Virus record (IMG/VR): IMGVR_UViG_3300036796_000076
Coordinates: 1-44,299 of that record
DNA: 44,299 bases
Strand: one strand, 5' to 3'
DNA from: a virus
Taxonomy: Duplodnaviria; Caudoviricetes
Shown: positions 17,729 through 27,354 of the stretch, piece by piece
Layout of the letters: each line of letters starts with the position of its first letter
Position numbering within the stretch: the first letter of the stretch is position 1
Notes under the pieces: model-generated
Databases searched by the model: none
What the model was told of the DNA's origin: nothing
The model's input: the letters and a program-made list of their open reading frames with translations, nothing else
Translations under genes and position numbers: made by a program

Positions 17729-18273
17729 GCCTGAAAAAAGCAGCGGCGGCCTGTGCTGTTAGCGCAATGATTGCTTTTGTCTTGGCTAACGGGAAAGTAC
17801 GCACAAATAAAGATGGCTTAGAAATAATCGGCAATGCTGAAGGATGCCGCCGTGATCCTTATGTGTGCCCAGCGGGAAAATTGACTGACGGTCTTGGCAA
17901 TACGCATAACGTTAAACCCGGTGTACGCAAAACAGATAAGCAAATTGCAGATGAATGGCAGGCTAATATCCTGATTGCTGAAAATTGTATTGACCAGAAT
18001 TTCAGAGGGCAGGACATGCCCGTGGATTCGTTCAGTGCAATGACATCAGCAGCGTTCAATATGGGATGTCCATCGCTGATGACATATTACAGCCCCACGA
18101 AAAAGTTACGGCTTGAAACGTCGATCCACAAATACGCTCAGGCAGGCAATTGGGTAATGATGTGTCGCCATCTACCCGACTTTGTTAACGCCGGGGGCGT
18201 TCCTTTAGCTGGTTTGAAATTGAGACGTAATAGAGAAATGAATCTGTGCCTGCGAGGTGCGTATGCGAAATAA
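17725..18273 (+). CDS. Endolysin (T4-like lysozyme, probable SAR type)
   Basis: Ala-rich N-terminal anchor; E-GCRRDPYVC-PAGKLT catalytic region; GLKLRR. Confidence 0.92.
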   Translation: MSLKKAAAACAVSAMIAFVLANGKVRTNKDGLEIIGNAEGCRRDPYVCPAGKLTDGLGNTHNVKPGVRKTDKQIADEWQANILIAENCIDQNFRGQDMPVDSFSAMTSAAFNMGCPSLMTYYSPTKKLRLETSIHKYAQAGNWVMMCRHLPDFVNAGGVPLAGLKLRRNREMNLCLRGAYAK

Positions 18274-18799
18274 GGTTTACCTCTTAATCTTTATCTTTTC
18301 GTTAATAACCATTGTCATATTAATCGCCTTGTTTTCCCACAGCCAAATAGCGCTCTCGCAACTGGAGAGCGACAACGCGGTTCTGCGCTCAGACAATAGT
18401 CTCCAGAGTGAAACAATAGTTACTCAGTCTCTGACCTTCAATCGCGCTAATAAGGCGTCACTCGAGACAAACCGGCTTAATTCCCTAATCGGGGCAAAAA
18501 GTGAAACGACAGTTATCCAATACAGAGAGATTCTGAAACGTGAGAAAACGTGCGATTTGCTTGTTCCTGCTTATATCACTGACGGGTTGCTCGAAGAGAC
18601 AAACCGTTTACGTGCCAGCGCAATGTATGCCGCTGCCGGTGGAGTTAACGAAATCAGTTATCCCACCATTACCGCCAGCCAACTGACGTACTGCCAGGCT
18701 GTACTGTGGATTCATCCTTTGCTGGCAACTATTGAACAGGCCAATAACCAACTGGCTGCGATTAGACAAATAGAGGAGAAACTAAGTGGCGAAAATTAA
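18263..18799 (+). CDS. i-spanin (Rz-like) with an Rz1-like C-terminal extension
   Basis: N-terminal TM helix and coiled coil; follows the endolysin. Confidence 0.85.
   Translation: MRNKVYLLIFIFSLITIVILIALFSHSQIALSQLESDNAVLRSDNSLQSETIVTQSLTFNRANKASLETNRLNSLIGAKSETTVIQYREILKREKTCDLLVPAYITDGLLEETNRLRASAMYAAAGGVNEISYPTITASQLTYCQAVLWIHPLLATIEQANNQLAAIRQIEEKLSGEN
18540..18686 (+). CDS. Embedded short o-spanin (Rz1-like lipoprotein)
   Basis: +1 frame: MRKRAICLFLLISLTG-C-SKRQTVYVPAQCMPLPVELTKSVIPPLPPAN*; LTGC lipobox, Pro-rich. Confidence 0.75.
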   Translation: MRKRAICLFLLISLTGCSKRQTVYVPAQCMPLPVELTKSVIPPLPPAN

Positions 18800-18992
18800 A
18801 CTCACCGCAGGACAAATTCAAGCGCTGGCGAAATTAGCAGAAGAAGAGGGCCAGCCTGAATACACAGTTTGTCATGGTCAAATTCCGGGTTTCGACGATT
18901 TTCCAGATTACGATGGTTTGATTGCGTTCTCTGGTTCAGAAGAGCATAGCGTCCTGGCCCTGGATGATACAGGGCACGGCGATATCAAATGA
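18786..18992 (+). CDS. Hypothetical acidic protein
   Basis: GAGGAG RBS; overlaps both neighbours. Confidence 0.7.
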   Translation: MAKIKLTAGQIQALAKLAEEEGQPEYTVCHGQIPGFDDFPDYDGLIAFSGSEEHSVLALDDTGHGDIK

Positions 18993-19291
18993 AAATTTAT
19001 ATCGCAGGGCCAATGACGGGGCGTGAAAATTTTAATCGTGATGCATTCAATAAAGAAGCGGAGCGCCTGACGCGTCACGGCCATATCGTTCTTAATCCGG
19101 CGAGTCTTCCTGGCGGGATGGAACAGTGCGAATACATGGATATTTGTTTTGCCATGCTTCGCTGCGCTGATGCCATTCTGATGCTTCCAGGTTGGCAGGC
19201 TTCTTCCGGTGCTACTGCGGAATACCATTACGCCTACAAGATGGAATTGCCTGTTTATTCAACCCTGCATTACCCACCAGTAGCAAATTGA
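18989..19291 (+). CDS. DUF4406-like (nucleoside deoxyribosyltransferase fold) protein
   Basis: MKIYIAGPMTG, LNPA, CADAILMLPGW..S.GA.AE motifs. Confidence 0.85.
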   Translation: MKIYIAGPMTGRENFNRDAFNKEAERLTRHGHIVLNPASLPGGMEQCEYMDICFAMLRCADAILMLPGWQASSGATAEYHYAYKMELPVYSTLHYPPVAN

Positions 19292-19299
19292 CGCTTTCG

Positions 19300-19315
19300 T
19301 GCGACCACGGTCGCA
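19300..19315. promoter_or_regulatory. Centromere 4
   Basis: TGCGACCACGGTCGCA. Confidence 0.85.
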
Positions 19316-19480
19316 CGCTTTCCCATTCTCATTGACATGAGCGTTGCTGCGTAACGGGTTCATAGCCCAACCTGCGCGGGCCTATAGCGCTCATGTCAAT
19401 GAGGACGCAACTGCCGCTGAAGAGCTGGCCAGCGTAACAGACTGCCGGAGATAAGCGCCGGGGCGTTGCGCTCTTCATCA

Positions 19481-19496
19481 TGCGACCACGGTCGCA
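19481..19496. promoter_or_regulatory. Centromere 5
   Basis: TGCGACCACGGTCGCA. Confidence 0.85.
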
Positions 19497-19539
19497 CGGG
19501 TGGCTCTCACCCCCGTCAATGCGATTCATTATTGTTTGC

Positions 19540-19610
19540 GGGTCCTTCTGGGCCTCTGCGTCGACTACGGGGCTTTAGACCCGCAGCAATCCGCGATTTA
19601 CGAAAATTTT
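19540..19610 (+). other. Lambda-type cos site (cosQ + cosN)
   Basis: cosQ GGGTCCT at 19540-19546, then 23 nt, then TACG^GGGCTTTAGACC^CGCAG and CGCGATTTACGAAAATTTT; collinear with lambda cos as recalled. Confidence 0.85.
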
Positions 19611-19657
19611 GAAAATGAGGTTGTTGTTTAATTATTGCTGAAAACAGGTGAGGAAAA

Positions 19658-20167
19658 ATGCCCGTTTTATTGAATAAATCTGACATGGCTTCCTCGCTGG
19701 GTATTTCGGTTCAGGCTTTTGACAAATGGGGCGTGAAACCAGCTGAGCGCCGAGGCCGAGAGGTTCTGTTTGACGTTCGTTCTGTCGTCGATAATCGCGT
19801 TGAACATCAGAGCCGAAAACTACAACCGACGCAACAAGGCGACGATGATGATGGTGTAAATATCGACTTTGAGCGTTGGCGATTGGTTCGTGCAAATGCT
19901 GATGCCGCAGAGTTGGCTAACGAGAAAAAGCGCCGAGAGGTAGTAGAAACCGCATTTTGTACATTCGTGTTATCGAAAGTTTCCGCCGAGATATCCAGTA
20001 TCCTGGACGGCATCCCTCTGTCGATGCAGCGACGGTTCCCCGAACTGGAGAATCGACACATCGAGTTTTTGAAGGGGGATGTGATAAAGGCAATGAATAA
20101 AGCAGCGGCACTGGATGAACGGATTCCGGGGTTATTGAATGACTATATCGACCAGTCAGGTAGCTAA
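19658..20167 (+). CDS. Terminase small subunit (Nu1-like)
   Basis: N-terminal wHTH; EVVETAFCTFVLS...ILDGIPLSMQRRFPEL as in lambda Nu1. Confidence 0.93.
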   Translation: MPVLLNKSDMASSLGISVQAFDKWGVKPAERRGREVLFDVRSVVDNRVEHQSRKLQPTQQGDDDDGVNIDFERWRLVRANADAAELANEKKRREVVETAFCTFVLSKVSAEISSILDGIPLSMQRRFPELENRHIEFLKGDVIKAMNKAAALDERIPGLLNDYIDQSGS

Positions 20168-22055
20168 CCTGAAGATAGCAGTAAAAGCTGGTCTGAAGTC
20201 ACTGCATCGCCCGGAGCCGCTTACAGCCGTCGAATGGGCCGATGCGCATTACTACCTACCGAAAGAGTCAGCATACCAGGAGGGCCGTTGGGAGACGTTG
20301 CCTTTCCAGCGCGCAATCATGAATGCGATGGGCAGCGATCATATCCGTGTCGTTAACGTCATTAAATCGGCGCGTGTAGGGTACTCAAAAATGCTTCTCG
20401 GCGTTGTTTCTTACTTTATTCAGCACAAACAGCGAAATGAATTATTGTGGTTGCCAACAGATGGCGATGCTGAAAACTTTATGAAATCGCACGTAGAACC
20501 TACGATTCGTGATGTTCCATCATTGCTGGCGTTAGCGCCGTGGTATGGGAAAAAACATCGAGATAATACGCTTTCCATGAAGCGATTCTCTAATGGCCGT
20601 GGATTTTGGTGTCTGGGTGGTAAAGCAGCAAAAAACTATCGCGAAAAATCTGTTGATGTAGTTGGCTTCGATGAGTTAGCGGCATTTGATGCCGATATTG
20701 AGAAGGAAGGTTCCCCTACATTCTTGGGTGATAAGCGTATAGAGGGGTCGGTTTGGCCCAAATCAATCCGTGGCTCCACGCCAAAATTGCGAGGGACATG
20801 CCAGATTGAACGTGCGGCAAAAGAATCAGGGCATCTGATGCGTTTTCACGTTAAATGTCCTCATTGTGGCGATGAGCAGTTTCTTAAGTTTGGCGACCGG
20901 GATACATCGTTTGGATTCAAATGGGAACCTGACCAGGCAGATACGGTTTATTACCTCTGTGAGCATAACGCCTGTGTTATTAAGCAACATGAGCTGGATT
21001 ATTCGGATGCGCGTTACATTTGCGAATTAACAGGCATATGGACCCGAGATGGCCTTCGGTGGTTTTCATCATCAGGCGCGGAAATTGACCCGCCGGAAAG
21101 CGTAACGTTTCACATCTGGACGGCTTACAGCCCATTCACGACCTGGGTTCAGATTGTCAAAGATTGGTTCAAAACGAAGGGCGATACAGGCAAGCGGAAA
21201 ACGTTCGTTAATACCACACTTGGGGAAACGTGGGAGGCCGCAGTGGGCGAACGCCCGGATGCCGCCATTCTGGAAGAGCGAAAAGAGCTGTTCGACGCAC
21301 AGGTTCCTGATTGGGTTGCTTACATAACGGCAGGCATTGACTCTCAACTTGATCGGTATGAAATAAGAGTTTGGGGTTGGGGGCCAGGTGAAGAATCTTG
21401 GCTTATCGACAGAATCATCGTTATGGGTCGGCACGATGAGGAATCGACGCTGCTGCGTGTGGATGAGGCTATCAATCGCCGATACTCTCGGAAAAGTGGT
21501 ACCGAAATGTCGATATCTCGTATTTGCTGGGATATCGGCGGTATCGACCCGGAAATCGTCTATAAGCGCTCCCGTAAACATGGTTTGTTCCGTGTTATTC
21601 CGATTAAAGGGGCATCGGTGTATGGCAAACCGATTGCCGACATGCCGCGTAAACGCAACAAAAATGGTGTTTATCTGACGGAAATAGGTACTGATACCGC
21701 GAAAGAAATTATCTACCACCGTTTTACCCTTATTCCTGAACCAGGCGTTCCTTGCGCCGGCGCGGTTCACTTTCCCAATAATCCTGATGTTTTTGATTTA
21801 TCAGAGGCGAGCCAACTGACGGCGGAAGAACTCATTGAAAAATGGGAGAACGGTAAACAGCGGTATCTCTGGGATAATAAAAAAAGGCGAAACGAAGCGC
21901 TGGACTGTTTTGTCTATGCGCTAGCTGCGCTGCGCATCAGCATTTCTCGTTGGCAAATAAACTTAACCGCCTTGCTTGAGTCCCTGCAGAGTGAATCGAA
22001 AGCTGCAGAAGAACAAAGCATGGCTGATTTCGGCAAACTTCTCGGAGGAGAGTAA
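20139..22055 (+). CDS. Terminase large subunit (lambda gpA family)
   Basis: [27 protein letters not shown] and RNEALDC motifs. Confidence 0.96.
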   Translation: MTISTSQVANLKIAVKAGLKSLHRPEPLTAVEWADAHYYLPKESAYQEGRWETLPFQRAIMNAMGSDHIRVVNVIKSARVGYSKMLLGVVSYFIQHKQRNELLWLPTDGDAENFMKSHVEPTIRDVPSLLALAPWYGKKHRDNTLSMKRFSNGRGFWCLGGKAAKNYREKSVDVVGFDELAAFDADIEKEGSPTFLGDKRIEGSVWPKSIRGSTPKLRGTCQIERAAKESGHLMRFHVKCPHCGDEQFLKFGDRDTSFGFKWEPDQADTVYYLCEHNACVIKQHELDYSDARYICELTGIWTRDGLRWFSSSGAEIDPPESVTFHIWTAYSPFTTWVQIVKDWFKTKGDTGKRKTFVNTTLGETWEAAVGERPDAAILEERKELFDAQVPDWVAYITAGIDSQLDRYEIRVWGWGPGEESWLIDRIIVMGRHDEESTLLRVDEAINRRYSRKSGTEMSISRICWDIGGIDPEIVYKRSRKHGLFRVIPIKGASVYGKPIADMPRKRNKNGVYLTEIGTDTAKEIIYHRFTLIPEPGVPCAGAVHFPNNPDVFDLSEASQLTAEELIEKWENGKQRYLWDNKKRRNEALDCFVYALAALRISISRWQINLTALLESLQSESKAAEEQSMADFGKLLGGE

Positions 22056-22261
22056 TGGCAACACAATCCGATCTGGATTCGGCCCGGAAAGCGCTGCACG
22101 AGCTGCTCACCGGGAAACGAGTCGCATCGATACAAAAAGATGGACGTAAGGTCGAGTTTACAGCGACAAACGTTTCCGAATTAAAGCAGTACATCATAGA
22201 GCTGGAGCTAAAGCTGGGGCAACTTAGTCGGCGGGGGCGTCCAGCGGGAGTTTATGCATGA
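22055..22261 (+). CDS. Head-tail joining protein gpW
   Basis: [26 protein letters not shown]. Confidence 0.93.
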   Translation: MATQSDLDSARKALHELLTGKRVASIQKDGRKVEFTATNVSELKQYIIELELKLGQLSRRGRPAGVYA

Positions 22262-23856
22262 ATGAGCTGGCGCTGCTCGGCCCGGATGGGCAAACACCGT
22301 TGCGGGAATATGCGAGTTATCACGGCGGTGGTCAGGGTTTTGGTGGACAGTTAAGAGACTGGAACCCGCCGAGCGAAAGTGCAGATGCCGCGCTGCTGCC
22401 GACTTTTGAGCGTGGAAATGCGCGAGCGGATGACCTGGTTAGAAATAATGGATTTGCCTCCAACATCATCCAGTTGCACCAGGATCACATTGTTGGCTCG
22501 TTTTTCCGGTTGAGCTATCGTCCGAACTGGCGCTATCTCGGTATCCCGGAGGTGGAGGCCAGAGCGTTTGCCCGAGAGGTTGAAGATGCCTGGTGGGAAT
22601 ATGCTGAAGATGACCACTGTTATCTCGATGTTGAGCGGAAGCGCACGTTCACGATGATGATCCGTGAAGGTGTGGCGATGCACGCATTTAATGGTGAGTT
22701 GTTTACGCAGCCCTGTTGGAATGCGAGCCAAAACGCTCTGTTCAGAACACAGTTTAAAATGATTAGTCCCAAGCGCATCAGCAATCCGAACAATGGGATG
22801 GATAGCCAAACTCTCCGCGCCGGCGTGCAGATTGATAAAAATGGGGCAGCGGTTGGATATTACGTCAGCAATGATCCATATCCGAACTGGACGATGGAAA
22901 ACTGGCAATACATTCCGCGCGAGCTGGCGAATGGCCGTCCAGCAATGATCCATATTTTTGAACCACGTGAAGATGGTCAAAGCAGGGGCGCTAATCAGTT
23001 TTACAGCGTTATGGAGCAGATGAAAATGCTCGATACACTCCAGCAAACGCAGCTGCAGAGTGCAATCGTCAAAGCGATGTATGCGGCGACGATTGAAAGT
23101 GAGTTAGATACCGAGTCTGCGATGACTTTCCTCTTGGGATCTGATGATAAGAATGTTGATCCTGGCATATCCAAACTGCTGAAACAAATGGCGGCGTACT
23201 ATCATACGGCGCAGATAAAACTGGGCGGTACGAAGATTCCGCACTTGTTCCCAGGTGACTCGTTGAATTTGCAATCGGCTCAGAATGCAGACAATGGGTT
23301 CTCGGCGCTGGAGCAATCCTTGCTCCGTTATGTCGCAGCCGGTACTGGGGTATCAAACGAACAACTCTCCCGCAACTATACCCAACTCAGCTATTCAACT
23401 GCGCGGGCCAGCGCGAATGAATCTTGGTGTTACTTCATGGGACGTCGCAAGTTTATCGCGTCCCGCCAGGCCAGCCAGATGTTTATGTGCTGGCTGGAAG
23501 AGGCCATTGCACGGCGTGTTGTTCGTCTGCCAGCCAGAGCACGTTTTTCTTTCCCCGAAGCACGTAATTCCTGGGCGCGGAGTGAATGGATCGGAGCTGG
23601 CCGTCTGGCCATAGACGGACTGAAAGAGGTTCAGGAAGCAGCGCTGCTCATTGAGTGTGGTCTGAGTACTTACGAAATTGAATGTGCTAAACGTGGCCTG
23701 GATTATGAGGATGTTTTCGCACAGCAAGTTCGTGAAACAGTCGAACGCCGCCAGTCAGGATTGGCTCCGCCGAGCTGGGCAGCAGAACTGAGGGCAAATA
23801 TGAATACCAAATCGGAAGATAAAGAGGAGGAGGCAGCGAATGCAAAAGCTGCGTAA
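22258..23856 (+). CDS. Portal protein (lambda gpB family)
   Basis: [36 protein letters not shown]. Confidence 0.96.
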   Translation: MNELALLGPDGQTPLREYASYHGGGQGFGGQLRDWNPPSESADAALLPTFERGNARADDLVRNNGFASNIIQLHQDHIVGSFFRLSYRPNWRYLGIPEVEARAFAREVEDAWWEYAEDDHCYLDVERKRTFTMMIREGVAMHAFNGELFTQPCWNASQNALFRTQFKMISPKRISNPNNGMDSQTLRAGVQIDKNGAAVGYYVSNDPYPNWTMENWQYIPRELANGRPAMIHIFEPREDGQSRGANQFYSVMEQMKMLDTLQQTQLQSAIVKAMYAATIESELDTESAMTFLLGSDDKNVDPGISKLLKQMAAYYHTAQIKLGGTKIPHLFPGDSLNLQSAQNADNGFSALEQSLLRYVAAGTGVSNEQLSRNYTQLSYSTARASANESWCYFMGRRKFIASRQASQMFMCWLEEAIARRVVRLPARARFSFPEARNSWARSEWIGAGRLAIDGLKEVQEAALLIECGLSTYEIECAKRGLDYEDVFAQQVRETVERRQSGLAPPSWAAELRANMNTKSEDKEEEAANAKAA

Positions 23857-25165
23857 TTTGCCCCACATTGCCAGCATGGCATTTAACGAACCGCTGTTAC
23901 TGGAACCTGCCTACGCGCAGGTTTTCTTTTGTGCGTTAGCTAGGGAAATGGGCATTTCTACGGTACGTGGCCCTGATGGATCAGAACTGGGCATTGGTTC
24001 GGAACTCGCTGCTTGGGGTGACGATGACGACCGCGACGATAGCCCTAGTCGTAGCTATCAGGTCATTGATGGTATCGCGGTGGTTCCGGTATCCGGGACC
24101 TTGGTAACGAAGATGGGTAGCTTGCGGCCATATTCTGGCATGACGGGGTACAACGGTATCGTAGCGCGTTTGAACCAGGCGCTGAGCGATAGCACCGTTA
24201 ACGGAATTCTTCTCGATATGGATACACCTGGCGGAATGGTATCTGGTGCTTTTGATTGCGCCGACATGGTTGCTCGGATGCGTGAGATAAAACCCATTTG
24301 GGCATTAGCGAACGATATGAATTGTAGCGCCGGTCAGTTGATCGCCAGTGCCGCGAGTCGTCGTTTAATAACCCAAACAGCACGGACTGGTTCAATTGGT
24401 GTGTTGATGGCACATAGCAACTATGCCACAGCGCTGAAACAGCAGGGAGTCGAGATAACGTTGATTCATAGCGGGGATCATAAAGTTGACGGAAATCCGT
24501 ATGAAAAACTGAAACCAGAAATTCGTGATCGTATCCAGCGTCAGATTGACGCCACGCGGCAGATGTTTGCCAGCAAAGTGGCAGCATATACCAGCATGAG
24601 CGTGGCTGAAGTGCTGGCGACAGAGGCGGCGGTGTATACCGGTGCTGAAGCGCTTGAAGCAGGCCTCGCTGATGAGATGGTCATTAACTCAGATGCCATC
24701 GCGGTTATGCGGACGGCCATTAAGTCGAAACAAACAATAACTTTTGGAGGACCTATGTCCGGGAATACAACACCTGGCGCTCAGGCAGAAAATGCTGGCG
24801 CTGAAAATACCACGCAGACGGCGGCAGCCGTCGTAGTTACGCAGCCAGCAACAGCTGCTCTTGCTCCTGTATCTGGAGTCGCGGCAGATGCTGTTCGTGC
24901 TGCCGTTTTGGCGGAGCAACAGCGCATCATGGGGATTATTGGTAGTGATGAAGCCAACGGGCGTGAAGTCCTTGCTAAAGAGCTGGCTAATACCCCAGGA
25001 ATGACCGTTGAATCGGCAAAGCGTCTGATGGCCACAGTGCCTCTAAGCGCCCAGGCCCGTACTGAAACTAGCTTGGATACGCTGATGAAAGACTCTCCGG
25101 CAGCAGCCTCACCGGGTGCCGGAGCGGCTCAGGATGATGACGATTTAATGTGTATCCCGGTTTAA
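23840..25165 (+). CDS. Prohead protease S49 (gpC) with internal in-frame Nu3 scaffold start at 24755
   Basis: [29 protein letters not shown]; GGAGG-ACCT-ATG in frame at 24755. Confidence 0.93.
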   Translation: MQKLRNLPHIASMAFNEPLLLEPAYAQVFFCALAREMGISTVRGPDGSELGIGSELAAWGDDDDRDDSPSRSYQVIDGIAVVPVSGTLVTKMGSLRPYSGMTGYNGIVARLNQALSDSTVNGILLDMDTPGGMVSGAFDCADMVARMREIKPIWALANDMNCSAGQLIASAASRRLITQTARTGSIGVLMAHSNYATALKQQGVEITLIHSGDHKVDGNPYEKLKPEIRDRIQRQIDATRQMFASKVAAYTSMSVAEVLATEAAVYTGAEALEAGLADEMVINSDAIAVMRTAIKSKQTITFGGPMSGNTTPGAQAENAGAENTTQTAAAVVVTQPATAALAPVSGVAADAVRAAVLAEQQRIMGIIGSDEANGREVLAKELANTPGMTVESAKRLMATVPLSAQARTETSLDTLMKDSPAAASPGAGAAQDDDDLMCIPV

Positions 25166-25175
25166 GGAATAAAAA

Positions 25176-25508
25176 ATGCTTTTAGAAAAGTTTGAGTTTT
25201 ACCAGCCTGCAGCCGGAAGTGATCCGGTACATACAGCAAAAGGTCCTTGCTCGCTGGATGCTGATATTGCCCCACTTACACCAATCATGCTGGAGCCTGT
25301 TAACGGTGTATTGGTTCCGTGGGATGGGCAGGCGGCAGGAACGGCATGCGGTCTGTCTGCGTTGAATACGGTAGCAGGCTCTTCCTCGCTAACTTATTTC
25401 AAAAGCGGGACCTGGCGCTATGAAGATATTGTTTGGCCAGAAGCTGATGAGTTGACCGAAGCGAAAAAACGTAACGCGTTTGTGGGTACTCAACTCAGTG
25501 TTGCGTAA
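25176..25508 (+). CDS. Head decoration protein gpD
   Basis: GSDPVHTA, LVPWDG, YFKSGT, KKRNAFVGT. Confidence 0.92.
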   Translation: MLLEKFEFYQPAAGSDPVHTAKGPCSLDADIAPLTPIMLEPVNGVLVPWDGQAAGTACGLSALNTVAGSSSLTYFKSGTWRYEDIVWPEADELTEAKKRNAFVGTQLSVA

Positions 25509-25529
25509 GTACGATCATCAATATTAAAC

Positions 25530-25552
25530 AGGCCGCAAAAGCGGCCTTTTTT
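25530..25552 (+). terminator. Terminator-like hairpin between D and E
   Basis: AGGCCGC-aaaa-GCGGCCT plus T run. Confidence 0.6.
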
Positions 25553-25564
25553 ACAGGAAAATTT

Positions 25565-26590
25565 ATGTCTTTCTATACGACCCGCAAACTTGCAGCGGTT
25601 ACAACGTCGAAGTTTAAGTTCGACCCGTTGTTTCTGCGTATTTTCTTTCGGGAGACTTTCCCCTTTGATACCGAAATGGTGGATTTGACGAAAATCCCTG
25701 GTGAAGTCGATATGGCGGTTTATGTTTCCCCGACCGTTAGCGGCGAAGTAATCAAATCGCGCGGTGGTCTGCGTACTCAGTTCAAACCTGGTTATGTGAA
25801 GCCTAAGCATGAAGTTAATCCCAGTATGACGATCAGCATGTTGCCGGATGAAACCCCCGAACAGCTGTCCGATCCTGCGTATCGTCGCAAGCGTATCATC
25901 ATGAACAACCTTAAAGATGAAGAGCTGGCCATCCAACAGATCGAAGAGCGTCAAGCAGTGGATGCTGTGCTCAAAGGTAAATACATCATGGAAGGGGATG
26001 ATTTTGAATCTGTAGAAGTTGATATGCAGCGTTCGGATAAGAACAACATCCTGCAAGCTGGCGATGCGGCATGGACTAAGCAGGATAAAAAAACTTTCGA
26101 TCCAACAGATGATATTAACGCCTATGCCCTTAATGCCAGCGGAGCGACGAATATCATCGTCTTTGATCCATTGGGGTGGGCGTTGTTCAGTAGTTTCGAC
26201 GCGGTGAAGGCTAAGCTGGATAGTCGCCGAGGCTCAAACGCTGCGCTCGAGACAGCTCTTAAAGATTTAGGGCAGGCTGTTTCGTATAAAGGAATGTACG
26301 GTGATGTGGCCATCGTTGTTTACGCTGGCCAACACATCGTGAAGGGGGTGAAAAAGAATTATCTGCCGGCATTGACGATGGTGCTTGGCAATACCCAGGC
26401 ACGAGGCCTCCGTACCTACGGTGGCCCACAGGATATCGAGGTCATCGGCGAGGGAGTGACAAAAGGTAAGCGCTTCCCGAAGAACTGGGTACAGAAAGGT
26501 GATCCGGCACGCGAGTACACAATGACGCAATCTGCGCCGTTGATGCTCCTGGCCGATGCTGATGAGTTTGTCAGTGTACAGTTGGCGTGA
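25565..26590 (+). CDS. Major capsid protein (lambda gpE family)
   Basis: FKFDPLFLRIFFRE, PGYVKPKH, TMTQSAPL; 341 aa. Confidence 0.96.
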   Translation: MSFYTTRKLAAVTTSKFKFDPLFLRIFFRETFPFDTEMVDLTKIPGEVDMAVYVSPTVSGEVIKSRGGLRTQFKPGYVKPKHEVNPSMTISMLPDETPEQLSDPAYRRKRIIMNNLKDEELAIQQIEERQAVDAVLKGKYIMEGDDFESVEVDMQRSDKNNILQAGDAAWTKQDKKTFDPTDDINAYALNASGATNIIVFDPLGWALFSSFDAVKAKLDSRRGSNAALETALKDLGQAVSYKGMYGDVAIVVYAGQHIVKGVKKNYLPALTMVLGNTQARGLRTYGGPQDIEVIGEGVTKGKRFPKNWVQKGDPAREYTMTQSAPLMLLADADEFVSVQLA

Positions 26591-26597
26591 CAATAAC

Positions 26598-26620
26598 AGG
26601 CTCCTTCGGGAGCCTTTTTT
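26598..26620 (+). terminator. Terminator after the capsid gene
   Basis: AGGCTCC-TTCG-GGAGCCT plus T run. Confidence 0.8.
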
Positions 26621-26633
26621 ATAGGTGATTTTG

Positions 26634-26960
26634 ATGGCTGTAAAAAATAAAAATGAACTGTTGGCAGAACTGGCAGTTCTGGCAACAAAATTAGGGCGTG
26701 AAGTTCCGACTACCGGCACCAACGAAGACTTGGCCGCGCTTATCGCTGAATGGACCGAGGAGCTGGCTGATTATTCTCTGGATACTGATTCTGCCAGCGA
26801 TGGTACCGTGGTTTTTACTGCGCGACAGACGCTGCATATTAATGCGCTAGCCGTAGATAGCGATACGGTTATTCCAGTTGTTATTAAAGGCGCTAGCGCG
26901 CGTATCGATGCCAAACTTGCTGAGATGCTGGCCGAGAAAAAACTGATAACGCTGGGGTGA
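26634..26960 (+). CDS. DNA packaging protein FI-like
   Basis: KNELLAEL..L...LGREVPTTGT..L...IAEW.EEL; follows E. Confidence 0.85.
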   Translation: MAVKNKNELLAELAVLATKLGREVPTTGTNEDLAALIAEWTEELADYSLDTDSASDGTVVFTARQTLHINALAVDSDTVIPVVIKGASARIDAKLAEMLAEKKLITLG

Positions 26961-26961
26961 T

Positions 26962-27354
26962 ATGAACAGTTTCGACAGCTTATTCGATGAAGCGATGCAG
27001 ATAGCCGATAGCACGATCATGGATGAACTGGCCGCACCGTACACTCTGGTGCTAAAGAATGGTGCGAAACTTGATATCCGGGCGATTTACGATACACAAC
27101 TGCAGCCAGCAGCGGGGAATAACAGTGGTACTAATCCGCGAAACATCGATGCGGCGTATGAAAACGGTCTCCTGACAGTTTTAGGAGAGCGTCTTGATCG
27201 TGATTTGATACATGGTGCAACAGTCTCTACAAAGTTCGGCGTAAAGACCATTGCTCAAGTCCTGTACCCGGACGCGACTACAACAACCTTGGTCCTGGCT
27301 ATGCCAGCCGGCAATGCATTGCCGCCAGGGAGCGGAGTGAGGTTCACCAAATGA
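26962..27354 (+). CDS. Head-tail joining protein (FII-like)
   Basis: FDSLFDEAMQIADSTI N-terminus; position. Confidence 0.65.
   Translation: MNSFDSLFDEAMQIADSTIMDELAAPYTLVLKNGAKLDIRAIYDTQLQPAAGNNSGTNPRNIDAAYENGLLTVLGERLDRDLIHGATVSTKFGVKTIAQVLYPDATTTTLVLAMPAGNALPPGSGVRFTK

Noticed and set aside
19300-19498. Mini CRISPR array or tRNA
   Set aside because: Only two repeats 181 bp apart, identical to the dispersed centromere; no cas genes; no canonical cloverleaf or T-loop.
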